Assembly: GCA_050613775.1 (NCBI GenBank)
Contig: JBODTK010000142.1
Coordinates: 372,001 to 436,000 of the forward strand
DNA: 64,000 bases
Origin: Neocallimastix sp. 'constans'
Taxonomy: Eukaryota
Reading direction: 5' to 3'
Part shown: positions 26,064 through 39,960 of the stretch, piece by piece
Layout of the letters: each line of letters starts with the position of its first letter
Position numbering within the stretch: the stretch's first letter is position 1
Translations under genes and position numbers: made by a program
Notes under the pieces: generated by a model
Told to the model about the DNA's origin: nothing
Databases searched by the model: none
The model's input: the letters and a program-made list of their open reading frames with translations, nothing else

Positions 26064-27620
26064 ATGGCTACTGTTTCTGTAAAGGAATTATTAGAAACCG
26101 TCAGTACAGAAGATGGTCTTACTGCTGAAGAATTATTTGACAGAAAGGCTTCTGTTGGTATGACTTACAATGATTTCCTTATTTTACCAGGTTACATTGA
26201 TTTTCCAGCTGAAGCAGCTAAATGTGAAACTCACATTACAAGAAACTATAAGATTAAAACTCCATTTGTATCAAGTCCTATGGATACAGTCACAGAAACT
26301 GATATGGCTATTAGTATGGCTTTAATGGGTGGTTTAGGTGTAATTCATCACAATTGTACTATTGAAAAGCAAGCTGATATGGTAAGAAAGGTTAAAAAAT
26401 TTGAAAATGGTTTCATTCTTGATCCTTTATGTATGAGTCCAGACAATGTTGTTGAAGATGTTATCAACACTAAAATAAAGTACGGTTTTTGCGGTATTCC
26501 AATTACTGAAACTGGTAAGATGAAGTCTAAGCTTTTAGGTATTGTTACTTCACGTGATATTGATTTCCTTCAAAATAAGGATGATCTTAAGATTAAGCTT
26601 AGAGATGTTATGACTACTGATTTAGTTACCGCTAAGGATGGTATTTCTTTACATGAAGCTAACGAAATTTTAAGAAAATCTAAGAAGGGAAAATTATTAA
26701 TTGTTGATGATGATTACCGTCTTGTTGCTTTACTTGCACGTTCTGATCTTATTAAGACTCGTGATTTCCCAAACGCTTCTACTGTTCATAAGAGTAACCA
26801 ATTATTATGTGCTGCTGCCATTAGTACCCACCCTGAAGACAAAAAAAGAGTTGCTGCTTTAGTTGAAGCTGGTTTAGATATTGTCGTTATTGATAGTAGT
26901 CAAGGTAATTCTTCCTTCCAAATTGATATGATAAAGTTCATTAAGGAAAACTACCCACATATTGATATTATTGGTGGTAATGTTGTTACAAAGGAACAAG
27001 CTCTTAACCTTATTAAGGCTGGTGTTGATGGTCTTAGAATTGGTATGGGTAGTGGTAGTATTTGTATTACTCAAGAAGTTATGGCTTGTGGTCGTCCACA
27101 AGGTACTGCTGTTTACCGTGTCTGTCAATTAGCTCGTCAATTTGGTGTTCCATGTATTGCTGATGGTGGTATTCAAAATGTTGGTCATATTGTTAAGGCT
27201 CTTGCCCTTGGTGCTAGTGGTGTTATGATGGGTGGACTTTTAGCTGGTACTACTGAATCTCCAGGAGAATACTTCTACCATGAAGGTAAGAAGTTAAAGC
27301 GTTACCGTGGTATGGGTAGTTTAGATGCTATGGATTCTGGAGGTGCTGCTAGTAAGCGTTACTACTCTGAAGGTGATAGAATTAAAGTTGCTCAAGGTGT
27401 ATCTGGTTCTGTTGTTGACCGTGGTAGTGTTAAGAAGTTCTTAGAATACCTTGAACTTGGTCTTAAGCATTCTATGCAAGATATTGGTGTTAGATCATTA
27501 AAGGAACTCTGGGATAAAGTTAATGATGGTACTGTTCGTTTTGAAAAGAGAACTAGTAGTGCTCAAATTGAAGGTGGTGTTCACGGTCTTTATTCATACG
27601 AAAAGAGACTCTACCAATAA
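26064..27620 (+). CDS. IMPDH: Inosine-5'-monophosphate dehydrogenase (eukaryotic type, with CBS pair)
   Basis: 518 aa with [19 protein letters not shown], a CBS subdomain, DSSQGNS, catalytic loop [33 protein letters not shown] and [15 protein letters not shown]. Intronless with strong codon bias. Confidence 0.98.
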   Translation: MATVSVKELLETVSTEDGLTAEELFDRKASVGMTYNDFLILPGYIDFPAEAAKCETHITRNYKIKTPFVSSPMDTVTETDMAISMALMGGLGVIHHNCTIEKQADMVRKVKKFENGFILDPLCMSPDNVVEDVINTKIKYGFCGIPITETGKMKSKLLGIVTSRDIDFLQNKDDLKIKLRDVMTTDLVTAKDGISLHEANEILRKSKKGKLLIVDDDYRLVALLARSDLIKTRDFPNASTVHKSNQLLCAAAISTHPEDKKRVAALVEAGLDIVVIDSSQGNSSFQIDMIKFIKENYPHIDIIGGNVVTKEQALNLIKAGVDGLRIGMGSGSICITQEVMACGRPQGTAVYRVCQLARQFGVPCIADGGIQNVGHIVKALALGASGVMMGGLLAGTTESPGEYFYHEGKKLKRYRGMGSLDAMDSGGAASKRYYSEGDRIKVAQGVSGSVVDRGSVKKFLEYLELGLKHSMQDIGVRSLKELWDKVNDGTVRFEKRTSSAQIEGGVHGLYSYEKRLYQ

Positions 27621-28037
27621 ATTAATTAAAAAAATTTTTTTTCTATATATATTATATTTTTAGAAGTAGATACTTTAAAGAAAAAAAAAAAAAAAAAGAT
27701 AGATAGAAAATAAAAATTAAAAAAAAAAAAAAAAAAAAAAATTTACAATATTTAAATAATAGGGAATTATTAATTTAATTTATATAAATTTTATTTAATC
27801 ATCGGTAAATAATTTATTTTTTAATCATTAAATTTGATAACAAAATAAAAGTAGTAATAAGAATAATAATATAATAAAAAATTATTATTATTTTTTTTTT
27901 TTTTTCTATAATCCTAAAAAATTTCATACTATTTATTTAAAATATATTATAATAAAAATAAAAAAAATTAAAAAAAAAAAAAAAAAAAAGTTTAAAAAAA
28001 TTTTAAAAAAAAAATAATAAAGCATCAATCAAAAAAG

Positions 28038-28075
<38 letters not shown>

Positions 28076-28195
28076 AAGAAGTTTTGTTTTAAATAAGTTT
28101 TATTATGGATTTTAATATCTTTCTCTTTTTCTTTTTTATTTATTAATTTATTTATATATTTATTTTTAGTTTATTTATTTATATATATATTTATA

Positions 28196-28196
28196 T

Positions 28197-28291
<95 letters not shown>

Positions 28292-28292
28292 T
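28196..28292. repeat. (TTTA)n microsatellite
   Basis: Long TTTA run immediately before the LINE fragments. Confidence 0.9.
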
Positions 28293-28310
28293 ATGTAATT
28301 ATTTTTTTAA

Positions 28311-28813
28311 TGGTGGCAACCTAACAAATGATAATGTTAATAGTAATAATGATAATAGTAATATGATAATAGTAATGATAGTAATAGTAAAAATAGTTAT
28401 AGTAATAATAATAAGTTCTGATTCTGATAGTAGTACCGAAGTATATAATATTAATAATATTAACAATAGAAATAATATTGTTAATAATAGTAGAAAAGGT
28501 GATAGTGAAAATAAGAATTATTAATATGAGTAATAGAGAAAATTATAATATCGTTACTTCTAATTTAGTGAATAGTTCAATTGGTGTAGTAATTTTCTGA
28601 ATAATAATAATGAGTGTGAATTGAGAATACCTCCTCTTTCAGCTGTCTGTGCCATATCTCAATTACGATGTTTTTAGAAAATGGAAAAAAAAAAAAATTC
28701 ATCATGTATTATTAATCATCTCACTAATAATATTCCTACTATGTCACATTATTCATGGACTAAAGAATCAAGGACTTTGGATAAAGAAATTAAATGGTAA
28801 GAAAACAAGTGAA

Positions 28814-28849
<36 letters not shown>

Positions 28850-28883
28850 TATTGGGAAAGAGATGTCTTCAAATCCTTAAAAG

Positions 28884-28940
<57 letters not shown>

Positions 28941-29169
28941 CAATTATTTACAAGAAGAATGATTTTGGATTTATTTCCGAAATGAAAAACTTAACATTTT
29001 CAATATCCCAAGTATCAGTTGGGATTCTTTTGGATTTCTCGAATTAGGTGTGGTTTTTAAAAATTTGACCTTAGTATTTCCATTTAAAAGAAAAATAAGA
29101 AAAATAGTCTCAGAAGATTTCCCCTAAATGTTGCCCATGTTATGGTGATAGTGTACCTAGCTTTTCAAT

Positions 29170-29170
<1 letters not shown>
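28311..29170 (+). mobile_element. Two adjacent LINE ORF2 C-terminal fragments (+ strand)
   Basis: 28314-28370 is a near reverse complement of about 29870-29928 (gtggcaacctaacaaatgata..gttaatagtaataatgataatag). 29020-29165 reads GFFWISRIRCGF...SEDFP..CCPCYGDSVPSF (start of the Zn knuckle) and closely matches 44370-44480 on the opposite strand. Confidence 0.75.
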
Positions 29171-29212
<42 letters not shown>

Positions 29213-29449
29213 GGCAGCAAACTTGTTTCATCTTTATTAATTAAATATTTGAAAAAAAATACATGTAATAAAAAGAAAAAAAAAAAAAAAAAAGATAAAA
29301 AAAAATAAACAAAACAAAAAAAACACAAAATAAAAATAAAATAAAATAAAATAATGGTATAAAACATTCTAGTTTCATTTAATTAATATCTGTAAGACTT
29401 CACAAGGGCATTATTATACTGAAGTATAATAATTAATTTTGACTTCGCT

Positions 29450-30360
29450 ATGTTAATCATAATTTTAAGATACGAAATTATGATCTTCATTGGTTGCGCT
29501 AGCCCTGCTGGCCTGTCTTACTGTTTCTTCAGCATTGACGCTCTTGGTAGTAGTAGTAGTACGATTCGATTTGAACCTATTGGACAAAGACCATTGCTGG
29601 CCAATAGCAATAGGTATAATCGATTGAAAAAGTGCCGCAGTAACCACCAAGAATGGAATATCAGAATAAGCACCTGATTTCATCTGACACTTAAATAGAT
29701 CCTTCCATTCCCTTGTACTGTTATTAATACTTCTGCCTCCAAGAAGGAAATTAAACACTTTTTCACACACACTAGAATCAGCATACACATTATTTTCAAT
29801 ACTATTACCAATATTACTATAACTATTATTACTATTACTATTATTACTATTATTATAATTACTATTACTATTATTACTGTTGCTATTATCATTATTACTA
29901 TTAACAATATCATTTGTTAGGTTGCCACGGTTAAAAGCATTATATAAAAATAAAATTTTATCATTAACTTTACTACGAATATGATTGAAAAATGGACAAT
30001 CAATAAATCAATGCCTTATCTATTGTTTATTAGTTTTACAACAGGGACAAAAATTAGGACACATTTGATCTATTATTTTTACAGCTTTGGCAATTCTAGC
30101 ATCTAATCTATACCCGCTTCGTGCTCTCAATAGCCAATAGAAACCATATGAAAGATCAGGATATTCATAATAAAATTTTATAAATTTTGATGTTTCTTCG
30201 AATTTGTTTTTGTCATAAAATTCAGCTTTAATAGAATGGATTTTCATATCTCTTTTCCAATAAAAATCCTTGATTTTATTATCGTTATTACCTCTTTTCT
30301 CTAGTTTACGTTTAAAAGTTCTACTTTCTTTCGTCAATGTAGTATCCAATGATCCAATGA
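29450..30360 (-). mobile_element. 5'-truncated LINE ORF2 C-terminus with CCHC zinc knuckle
   Basis: ORF 30020-30349 ends GFYWLLRARSGY...CPCCKTNKQ, followed by H*FIDC, an Asn/Ser-rich spacer and ORF 29465-29788 (FNFLLGG...KSVNAEETVRQ). Confidence 0.8.
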
Positions 30361-30393
30361 ATAAAAGGTTATTAATAAATAAATAAATAAATA

Positions 30394-30425
<32 letters not shown>

Positions 30426-30866
30426 ATTTATATATAAAAGAAAAAAATAATTAAAAAGAAAAAAAAAAAATAAAAAAAAAATTACAATATAATTCAAAAT
30501 AATAGATAATAGCAAATTAATAATAAATAATAGAAAACAATAAAAAGACAATTTTATTTATAATTTTTCTTTTTTATATTATAAAGGTTTTTATTAAAAT
30601 TTTATATAATTTAAATGAATATAAAAAAAATATATATTATAATATATATTTTATATATATCATTTAATAATTATACATTATTAAATTATATTATTAAAAA
30701 GCATTATTTGAGTACACAATCTTCTAAATAAGATAAAACAGATAAAAAAATAAAATAGTCTTATATATTATAATGAAAAAAGAAATTATGTTATATTAAT
30801 ATTATTCTTTCTTCTTACATATATATTATATATACTAAATTTAAGATATTATGATAATAAACAAAA

Positions 30867-30913
<47 letters not shown>

Positions 30914-31101
30914 TTAATAATATATTTTTTATTAAATTTGATTTTTTTTTTTTTTTTTTTTTTAATTAATAAATTAAAAAATTTTTATACTCGTCTAAAT
31001 TATTACTTATTGATTGATTTAATTGTCATAAAAAGATTTAAAGAAAAATATAAAATATAATTTAATATATATATATATTTTAAACATTTTTTTTATTTAT
31101 T

Positions 31102-32054
31102 TTAATTTGGGAAACCTTCACCATTAGATCTATAGACACTATGACCAATACAAGTTTCCATATTAACACCCTTTAAACCTTTACTTTTTAAAAATTCAAT
31201 TTCCTTTTTAACTAAGGTTAATAATTTGTCCTTAGTAATGCCTTGATAGTAACTGTGGTTAAGAATAATTGGTCTGTCACTAGTTTTTAATCCTTCTTTA
31301 ATGAAATTAAGAATGGTATTAACATTACCTTTGTTACTCCAATCTTCAGTATCAACATACCAAAGAATACCATAACTATAACCGTAATTCTTTAATGCAT
31401 TAACAACATTTTGATTATCTGAACCAGCCATAAATGGTGGACGAATAGATTTTGGACGTTTACCGATGATAGCATAAATTTCATCTTCTAACTTTTTTAA
31501 TTCAGAACGTATTCCAGATGAATTAAGAGTAGTTAAATCTTTATGAGACCAAGTATGACTTAAAACATTGTGACCTTCATTATACATACGCTTAATAACA
31601 TTTCTAACCTTAGAAGATGTAATATCTGACATGTTATTACCATTGATAAAGAATGTTGCTTTAATACCTTCCTTTTTTAATAAATTTAATAAAGCTTCAT
31701 CGTAATCATAAACACCATCATCAAAGGTGAGAGCATAATTTTTAGCATTTTTACATTCTCTATACCAAGTGAAGGAAGAAGAAGAATGGGAACTAGTATT
31801 CTTACTACTGACAGAGGTTTCTCTAGAGCTGGAGGAAGAACTATTAATATAAACCTTTTGACCGATTTGAAGTTTGTTACAATTAATACCAGAATTTAAC
31901 TTTCTAAAAGAACTTTCTGAAAGACCATAGGTAGTCCAAATTTTATAACAAGTTTCACCACTTTTAACAGTGTGATAATTTTTACTAGAAGAACTTCCAG
32001 AAGATAATGAAACGCAAACCTTGTCACCCTTTTTTAATTTATTACAATTAATAC

Positions 32055-32111
<57 letters not shown>

Positions 32112-32437
32112 TAATAATAATAATATTTATAATTTATATTAAAAGTTAATTTTATATTTAATATTCTTTTGATACAATTAAAAAAAAAAAAAAAAAAAAA
32201 GTTACTGAATATATAATTTTTATTCATTAGTACTACCAAAAACTAACCTGAATTTAAAGATTTAAATTGTTTTTCACTAAGACCATATTTTTTCCAAATT
32301 TTGTAACAAGTATCACCACTTTGAATCTTATATGTTTTTGAACAAGAACGTTTGTTAAGTTTTGACTTTATTGGTAAAGCACTAGCCAAATAAATACTTA
32401 ATAGAGCAAATATAAAAGAAAAATACTTTGAATTCAT
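31102..32437 (-). CDS. Secreted LysM-LysM-CE4 (NodB) polysaccharide/chitin deacetylase; 2 exons (32437-32248, 32054-31102)
   Basis: Signal peptide, LNKR, LysM1 YKIQSGDTCYKIW...LNSGINC (split by a GTTAGT..AG intron), LysM2 HTVKSGETCYKIW...LNSGINC and a Ser-rich linker. CE4 motifs follow: ALTFDDGV, ATFFING, HTWSH, RPPF, DTEDW, IILNH. Confidence 0.93.
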
Positions 32438-33414
32438 CTTTAAACTATATTTACTATATTTTATATGTAAGAATGAAAATATATCAAAATTATTAATATT
32501 AAAATTATTTTATTTATTATTTTTTTTTTTATTTTCATTATTACTATTATTATTATTATTTATTATTATTATTATTATATCCAAATTCATAAATAACTTT
32601 ATCAATTAATAACAATATATATCAAATAAATGGAATATCAAACTCTTTTTTTTATTAATAAAGTTTCTAAAAATAAATATTACATTAATACTCACTTTAT
32701 TAAATATATAATTATTTATTCTGAATATGATATTACAATATTTTATCCTTTTTTAATACACAATTTATAAATATTATTTAGAAATAGATATAATAAATTA
32801 CTAAAATTACTAATATTAAAAAAAAAAAAAAAAAAAGAAAGAAAGAAAATCAAGAAAAATAGGAATATGTTTCATTTATATATATTTTTTTTTAGTAAAT
32901 ACATTTTACGAATTAACAATTTTAATTAAATTAACTAAAAAAAAAAAAAAAAGGAATATATAATAATATATATTGGAATATAAATTATATAATAAAATTA
33001 ATTTATTTAAATATATTAATTATCAATTTAATTTATGATTGAAAAAATATAATAATAAACAATTAAGAATAAAACAAACATAATTTATAGTTAATACATA
33101 TAAATACATAATTATCAATTTATAATTATTTTCATTATAATATATTATTATCTATTATTTTACTACTACTACTACTATTCCTACTATTATTTATTATTAT
33201 TACTACTATTATCTATTTTATCTATTATTATTACTACTGTTATTATAAATATCATTAATATTATTTATATTATTACAATTATGAATTATTATTAAATTAC
33301 AATAAATAATTTTCCATAATTTATAATATTCCTATTAATTTTTATTCCTAGAAAATCCTATATATCAAATATATATATATATATATGATATATATATATT
33401 TATAATATAAATAC

Positions 33415-33453
<39 letters not shown>

Positions 33454-35077
33454 ATAATAAATAAAAAATATTATGAAAAAAAAAAAAAAAATTACATAAT
33501 CAAAAATAAGCATATCAAAATCATCAATTATTGCTAATTTTAATATATTGTGAATAATAAAATAAATAAATAAAATAAATAAAAATATATATCTATATAT
33601 ATATATTTGTACTACATAAAATAGTAATAAAAACAGTTTGGATGTTAATTATATCTATATATATTCATGATATTTTTATTTAATTCATATTTCATATTTT
33701 TCTTATATCCAATAAATTCTTTTTATATTTTTATATTTAAAATACTAATAAATAATACTAATAATAATAATAATAATAATAAATACTAATAAATAATTAT
33801 GTTCGTATAATAAATAAAATACTCTAGCTTTAGAACTTGGAAAGCTTTATCTTTATTTCTTTAGAAGATAGAATAAATACATCAACCTTTTTTTTTTTTT
33901 AATTTATATATATTTTTTGTAATTAACAACTATTTAACTATTTGAAAAAAAAAAAAAAAAAAAAAAAAAATTCTGCAAATAATATCTCTAATTATATTAA
34001 TTAAAATTATTTAATTAAAATATACTTATATTTATATATGATATATATGATCTTAGTAAATATATATAATACTTCAAAAATAAGTAAATATAGATAAAAT
34101 TGATTAAAGCATTTTATTTTACGTAGACTATTTCATGTATTCCATTCACTTATTATAATAATAGATTATACTGTAATATATAAAATGATTTATTTTTTGA
34201 GTGTCTTTATATAAATTTTATATATAAATTTTATATATTTATATATATATTATTACATAGAGTAAAAATTAGTTAAGTAGAGTTTATTTAATGTTAAGAA
34301 ATTTAAAATATCTATTAACAAATATATAATATAATATAATATATCAATTATTTTTTCTATTTTTTTAAATGCAACATTAGCATAAGAATATATTATAATT
34401 ATTTTTATAACTATGCATTTTAATTTTAATATTATAAATATAATATAAATTCAACTAATTCAACTATATAAATAAATAAAATAAAATAAAACTGCTTTAT
34501 TTAAATAACTTCTTTTATTTGTACTATTATTGCTATTATCACATTTTGTAAACTTTTTTAATAAAAAGATATATTCTAGTCTAAAGTTTAATAAAATATT
34601 AAATTAAATTATATTAAATGCATTGTAATTATATATTAAATGTAAATAATATGTATCTATGTATCTAATAAAAGCCACAATTAAGTATAAAAACATGTAG
34701 TTTTGTTGGTACTTCAAATCTTTGTTAAACATTTATTTATATTCTATAAATAATAAATTTGTATTAATAAACAATCTTTTAATACATTTAAATAAAATTT
34801 ATTTTAATATATATTTAATTTATGAAAAATACATGAGTTTATATACAAATTGAGGCTTGTGCCAAATAGTATGATATTTATTACGATGAAATTAAATAAT
34901 GAAGAAAATAAGGAAAAATATATTTTAAATGTAAATTTAACTTATTTCAATTATAAAAATAATATATGTCAAAATCTTTGTTTGATAACAACATCAATAC
35001 ATATTATGAATTATGTACGTTATTTTAAATATTAATTTTTTTTAAATAATAATAATTATATATGATTTGTTGTGGTA

Positions 35078-35109
<32 letters not shown>

Positions 35110-37244
35110 TTTTTAAAAGGTATAATTTCGGAAAAAAATACAAATTGAATTAACCACCATCGAAAATAGATAAATTAAATATTATTTGAAACTATTATCA
35201 ATATACAATGATAAATATAAATATGGGAATCGATTATATTAAATAATAATGAAATAATAATTAACTTACATTACATAAAATAACTACTACAATAAAATAA
35301 TAATTGAATTTCAATAATTATCATTATATTCATCATCCTTTTTTTATTAATTATTATTATTATTAACATAGATATTAATTATTAAACTAAAAAAAAAAAT
35401 AATAATAATAATAATAATAATAAATTAAGGAAAAGAAAAAAGTAATTAAAAATTTTACATATTAGATAATTATTATGAAATTTAATTTTTTTATAAAATT
35501 TTCTCCAAAAATTAAATTAAATAAAATAAAATAAAATAAAATAAAGAAAAAAAAAATTGGTTTAAAAGAGATTTATCTATAGTTAAATCAAAGTTAATTT
35601 TGAAAATATAGTCATGATGAGTATATAATTAGTAAATAATATTCAAATAAGAATTCGTTGATTGAAAATTTTAACATTTAAAAAATTTTGTATTTCTTTT
35701 TTTTTTTTTTTTTTTAGTTTATTAATCTTAAAAAGTTTATTTTTATATATATGAAACATCAAATTTTTAAATACTCATATATATATAAATAAATAAATAT
35801 ATATAAATGCATCAATAACTAAATTCATAAATATATAATATAAATATATCAATGGGAGTAGTGCATTTCGAAAATTTTCATTTCGCAAAATTTTTTTAAA
35901 AAGTTAATAAATAAAAAAATTAATAATAAAATAAATAAATAATATATAATTTAAATAAATAAATAAATAAATTTAAAATTAAATAAAAAAAATATATATA
36001 TATATATTAAATATACATTATATAATAATAAATAGATATTAGAATTAAAGCTTTAAAAAAATAAAATATTTTATCATACGTTTTAAACGTTTTATAATTA
36101 TTTATAATATATATATATATTAATATTATTTTTTATATATAAAAAAATAAGTATTCATAATTTAAAAGATGTTAAAGGATAATAATTTAAAATATAATTA
36201 TTAAAATTAAAAATTATTATTAAAAAGATTAAAGAATAATATCTAAATAATTTAATAGATCATTTTTACACCTTTTAAGTCCTTGTACAGTATTTTAAAA
36301 AATCTTTAATTAAATTACTAATAAATTTTTTTAATAAAAGAAATATCTATAAATAATCCAGTAAAAAAAAAAAAAAAAAAGAGAGAGTTAAAAGTAGCAC
36401 AAAGTTAAGTAACACAAAGTTAGGATGATTTTAGGTGGTATCTATTTTTTTTATTTTGTTTTATTTTTTATTTTTTATTTTTTGTTTTTTATTATTAATT
36501 ATAAAACTTTTTATTTTCATTCTTCGTTCTATTTTTTCATTTCTATTTGATTTATTATTTTTTCATTATCAATCTTTTTATTTTTTATTAATAATTCTTT
36601 TTTTTTTTATTTCTATTTTATTTTTTATATTTTATTATCAATCTTTTTATTTTTTTTATTATTTGGTCCTTTTTTTTTTATTATTATTATTTTTATTTTA
36701 TTTTTTACTATTAATTATAAAACTTTTTATTTTTTATTATTATTAATAGTTCTTTTTATTAGATTTATAATAATAATAAAATTTAATAATTTTATTATTA
36801 TTATTAAAAATTATTAACTATTTTTTTTTTTTTTATACAATAAATAAAAATATAATGAAATAAAAAAAAAAATTTTTTTAATTATTTATAATTTATGAAT
36901 TTTTTATTGATTAGCATATTATAATAAATTTATTATTAATTTATTTTATTATTTATTTATCTATTTATTAAAATATTGCGAAATGAACTCATAAATACAT
37001 AATTAATTAAATATATAACTACATAAATATATAAATAAATACATAAATAATTAATTAAATGTATAAATAAAGTGTCTACCTAAAAAGAGAGAAAGAGATA
37101 ATAAAGTTAAGAGGTTCTAACGAAAAAATATAATTATTATTACTTTATTAAATAATTTAATGAGTTATAGATAAAAAGATTGAATTTCTTATAAAGAAAA
37201 ATAAAATTATATAAAATTATAAAAACCTTAAAAAATTTATGAAA

Positions 37245-37287
<43 letters not shown>

Positions 37288-38053
37288 ACCAAATATTACC
37301 TATTAATTATATAAATAGTTTTATATTAAATATGCTTCATATATACAAACGAATGAATAAAAAAATAAAAAAAAAAATTGAATATTAAAATTTAATAATT
37401 AAAAGTTTATTTTTAGTTAAATATTTATATTTATCAATAGTTTTTTTTTTTTTTTTTTATTTTTTTATTAGTCCACTTTAATTTTCTTTCATTCTTATAA
37501 TCAAATAATATTAACATTTAAGTTTTATTCTTTTTACTATGGATACAAATAAATAATGATATAACATATTTTTTAATTCAAATATAATTTTTTTTTTTTT
37601 TAGAATTTTCTAAAACTTTCTAAAACTAATTTTATTTTTATTAAATTATTATAATATAAATAGAGTTACATATATATAATAATATTTATTAATAAAGTAA
37701 ATACTTTAGGATAATACTGATTCCTTTTTTGTTGAGGTTCACTAATTCCTAATAGACAATATAATTTTAAATGATTAAAGTCCCATAGGCATATTAATTT
37801 GTCATTGTTCTTCCCGAGACCAGTACTTGCCTCCAAATTTATTTAATGACAAAATTACTATTTATCTAATTTTTTTTTTTTTTTCTTAGACAGGGAAGAG
37901 AATACACTTCCATAAATTTATTAATTTTATTATAAAAAATACATGTAAGTGAAAAGTACATTTTAAATTAAAAATAAAAAATAAAAAAAAGCTTAAAAAT
38001 ACTATGTATTTCGGAAATTTGTACTATGTAGGAATTTTCCCTTCCTAACAAAT

Positions 38054-38085
<32 letters not shown>

Positions 38086-38099
38086 TAAAACCTAGAAGT

Positions 38100-39960
38100 A
38101 ACATCTTTAAAATAGATAGTGTGGTATCCACTAAACTCTCCCCGGGATTCATCATTTATTGAACTACTAAGGCGAGATTCACCCTTCGTGGAAATAGATG
38201 ATGATCCTGTATTATCATTATTGCCTTATCAGTAACGACGTCGACGCTCTTGGTTAAGTTTGGTAATTTGGAATACCTATCAAATAATAGCTCAAGCGAA
38301 CTACTTATGATAGGTATTTGCGCTAGTTAAGAATTCCGCCAAGCCTACAATTTTTTTTGGAACAGGTGACTCAGATGAACCTTTGAAAAGTAATTCATTT
38401 AATTGTTACTGTTCCCCACTATCGAAATGTACCTCATTTAAAGTTTAAAGTTCTACCAAGATAGAAGAAACAAGTAATATATAATGATTGATATCATCTT
38501 CAAAATTAGAAATACAGTCATAGGAAGAAAGAGGATTAAACGCTCTAATCTTACTAACGAACAAAATATAGAGATTCATCGATGAAATTTAAAGAATTCC
38601 ATCTAAAAGATGCAAGAGCATCGCATTTTAAAAATCCAATGCTCAAAAGATTGATTACCTTCGCCACAACAGGGGGCAAGTCTTGGGAACAATCTTCTGA
38701 AACTCTATCCATTCTAAGAGCAAATAGTAGTATTGTATTTATAACCACAGCGTAAACGTATAATCCACGAAAACCTTAAGCTGAATAGGGGATATTTTAA
38801 AGCTAAATATAATTATAGCTTTATTATTTGAAAACTTGTTACTATCGTAGTATTGACCTTTAATACCTTGAAATTTGGAAACGGATTTCCAGTAACGTTC
38901 TAAAATATCGTCATATTTTACACATTTATATATATATATATAAATGTGTATATATATATATTTTTTTTTTTGATTTTTTTTTTACAAAGTTCTAGATTCT
39001 TTAGTCCAGGAATAATACTGCATTTTAGGAATAGATTTAATAAGATTCCTTTATAATACAATTTGATTTACTCCATTTTGCAAATGATTTAATCTGTATA
39101 AGGCTGCGCAGATACCAGCAATAGGAAGGATGCTTAGATCTCGAGATAAAGCATAAGTACTCATAAGTAGAATTATGTCTAATTATAATCGTTGTTTTCT
39201 GAATTTGAATTTACCATTTTTTAGAGAAGGAACCGATACACCAAAATAGACCAGTATTAATTAATGTTTGAATTCTAGCCGTTCTAGATTTGTTTGAACC
39301 AAGTAGAGGAGAATAATAAATTAATTTTACTAATAACAAAGGATTGAAGAACTTTTTTTCTTGTATACAATAGGAATATGTTTATTTGAAAATAAACGTG
39401 TAAATGAAAAAGAAGAGTTTTTCTAACTTTAAAAATGTATATGTGATATAATGTGTTCTAATAAGAATAAGAGATCATCTGAGAAGGGAATACCTAGATA
39501 AACAGTAACTAGAAACTTTTGGAATAGCCATCATTCCTAAATAAAAGGTTGGGTCACTCTAATTTGGAGAAGCTTGGAAGTTCATTGGTTTTATAACCAT
39601 AGTTGCACGTTTTTTTTCAATACCAAAAGTCATTTCATTTAAATTAGCCCATTTTATGTACCTTTTTTTTTTTTTTTTTTTTTTTTAATAATTTTTCTAA
39701 ATATTTTTTGCACTCGGAGTAATGAGAACAACATCATCAGCAAAGAATCCACCACAACACTTTTTTTCTTCCAATACTAACACCATACTTTTCACAGTCA
39801 TTTAGTATATCATTGATGAATAAATTGAATTAGATTGGAGATAATGGACAACCTTGACGAACACCTCTTTTAATAGGAAATTCATTCGATAACATTGAAA
39901 CAAATCGAGTATGTGCTTTAGATGAAGTATATAAATTACAAAGAAAATCAAAACATTTAC
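38100..39960 (-). mobile_element. Degenerate non-LTR retrotransposon (LINE): RT domain to CCHC knuckle and 3' end
   Basis: The minus strand at 39720-39950 reads NLYTSSKAH...FPIKRGVRQGCPLSPI*FNLFINDIL...FFADDVVLI. YLGIPF lies near 39490, and WIIRLRCGY, CPLC/CGEGNQSFEHWIF near 38630-38770 (frameshifted). It ends with TKSVDVV. Many stops. Confidence 0.92.

Noticed and set aside
12994..32437. Mycophenolate-like biosynthetic cluster with IMPDH as self-resistance gene
   Set aside because: No PKS, NRPS, prenyltransferase or tailoring enzymes in the window, and the IMPDH looks like the ordinary housekeeping enzyme.
37700..37900. Slightly GC-richer patch (also 40020-40210)
   Set aside because: No interpretable ORF or motif; probably TE debris but not supportable.
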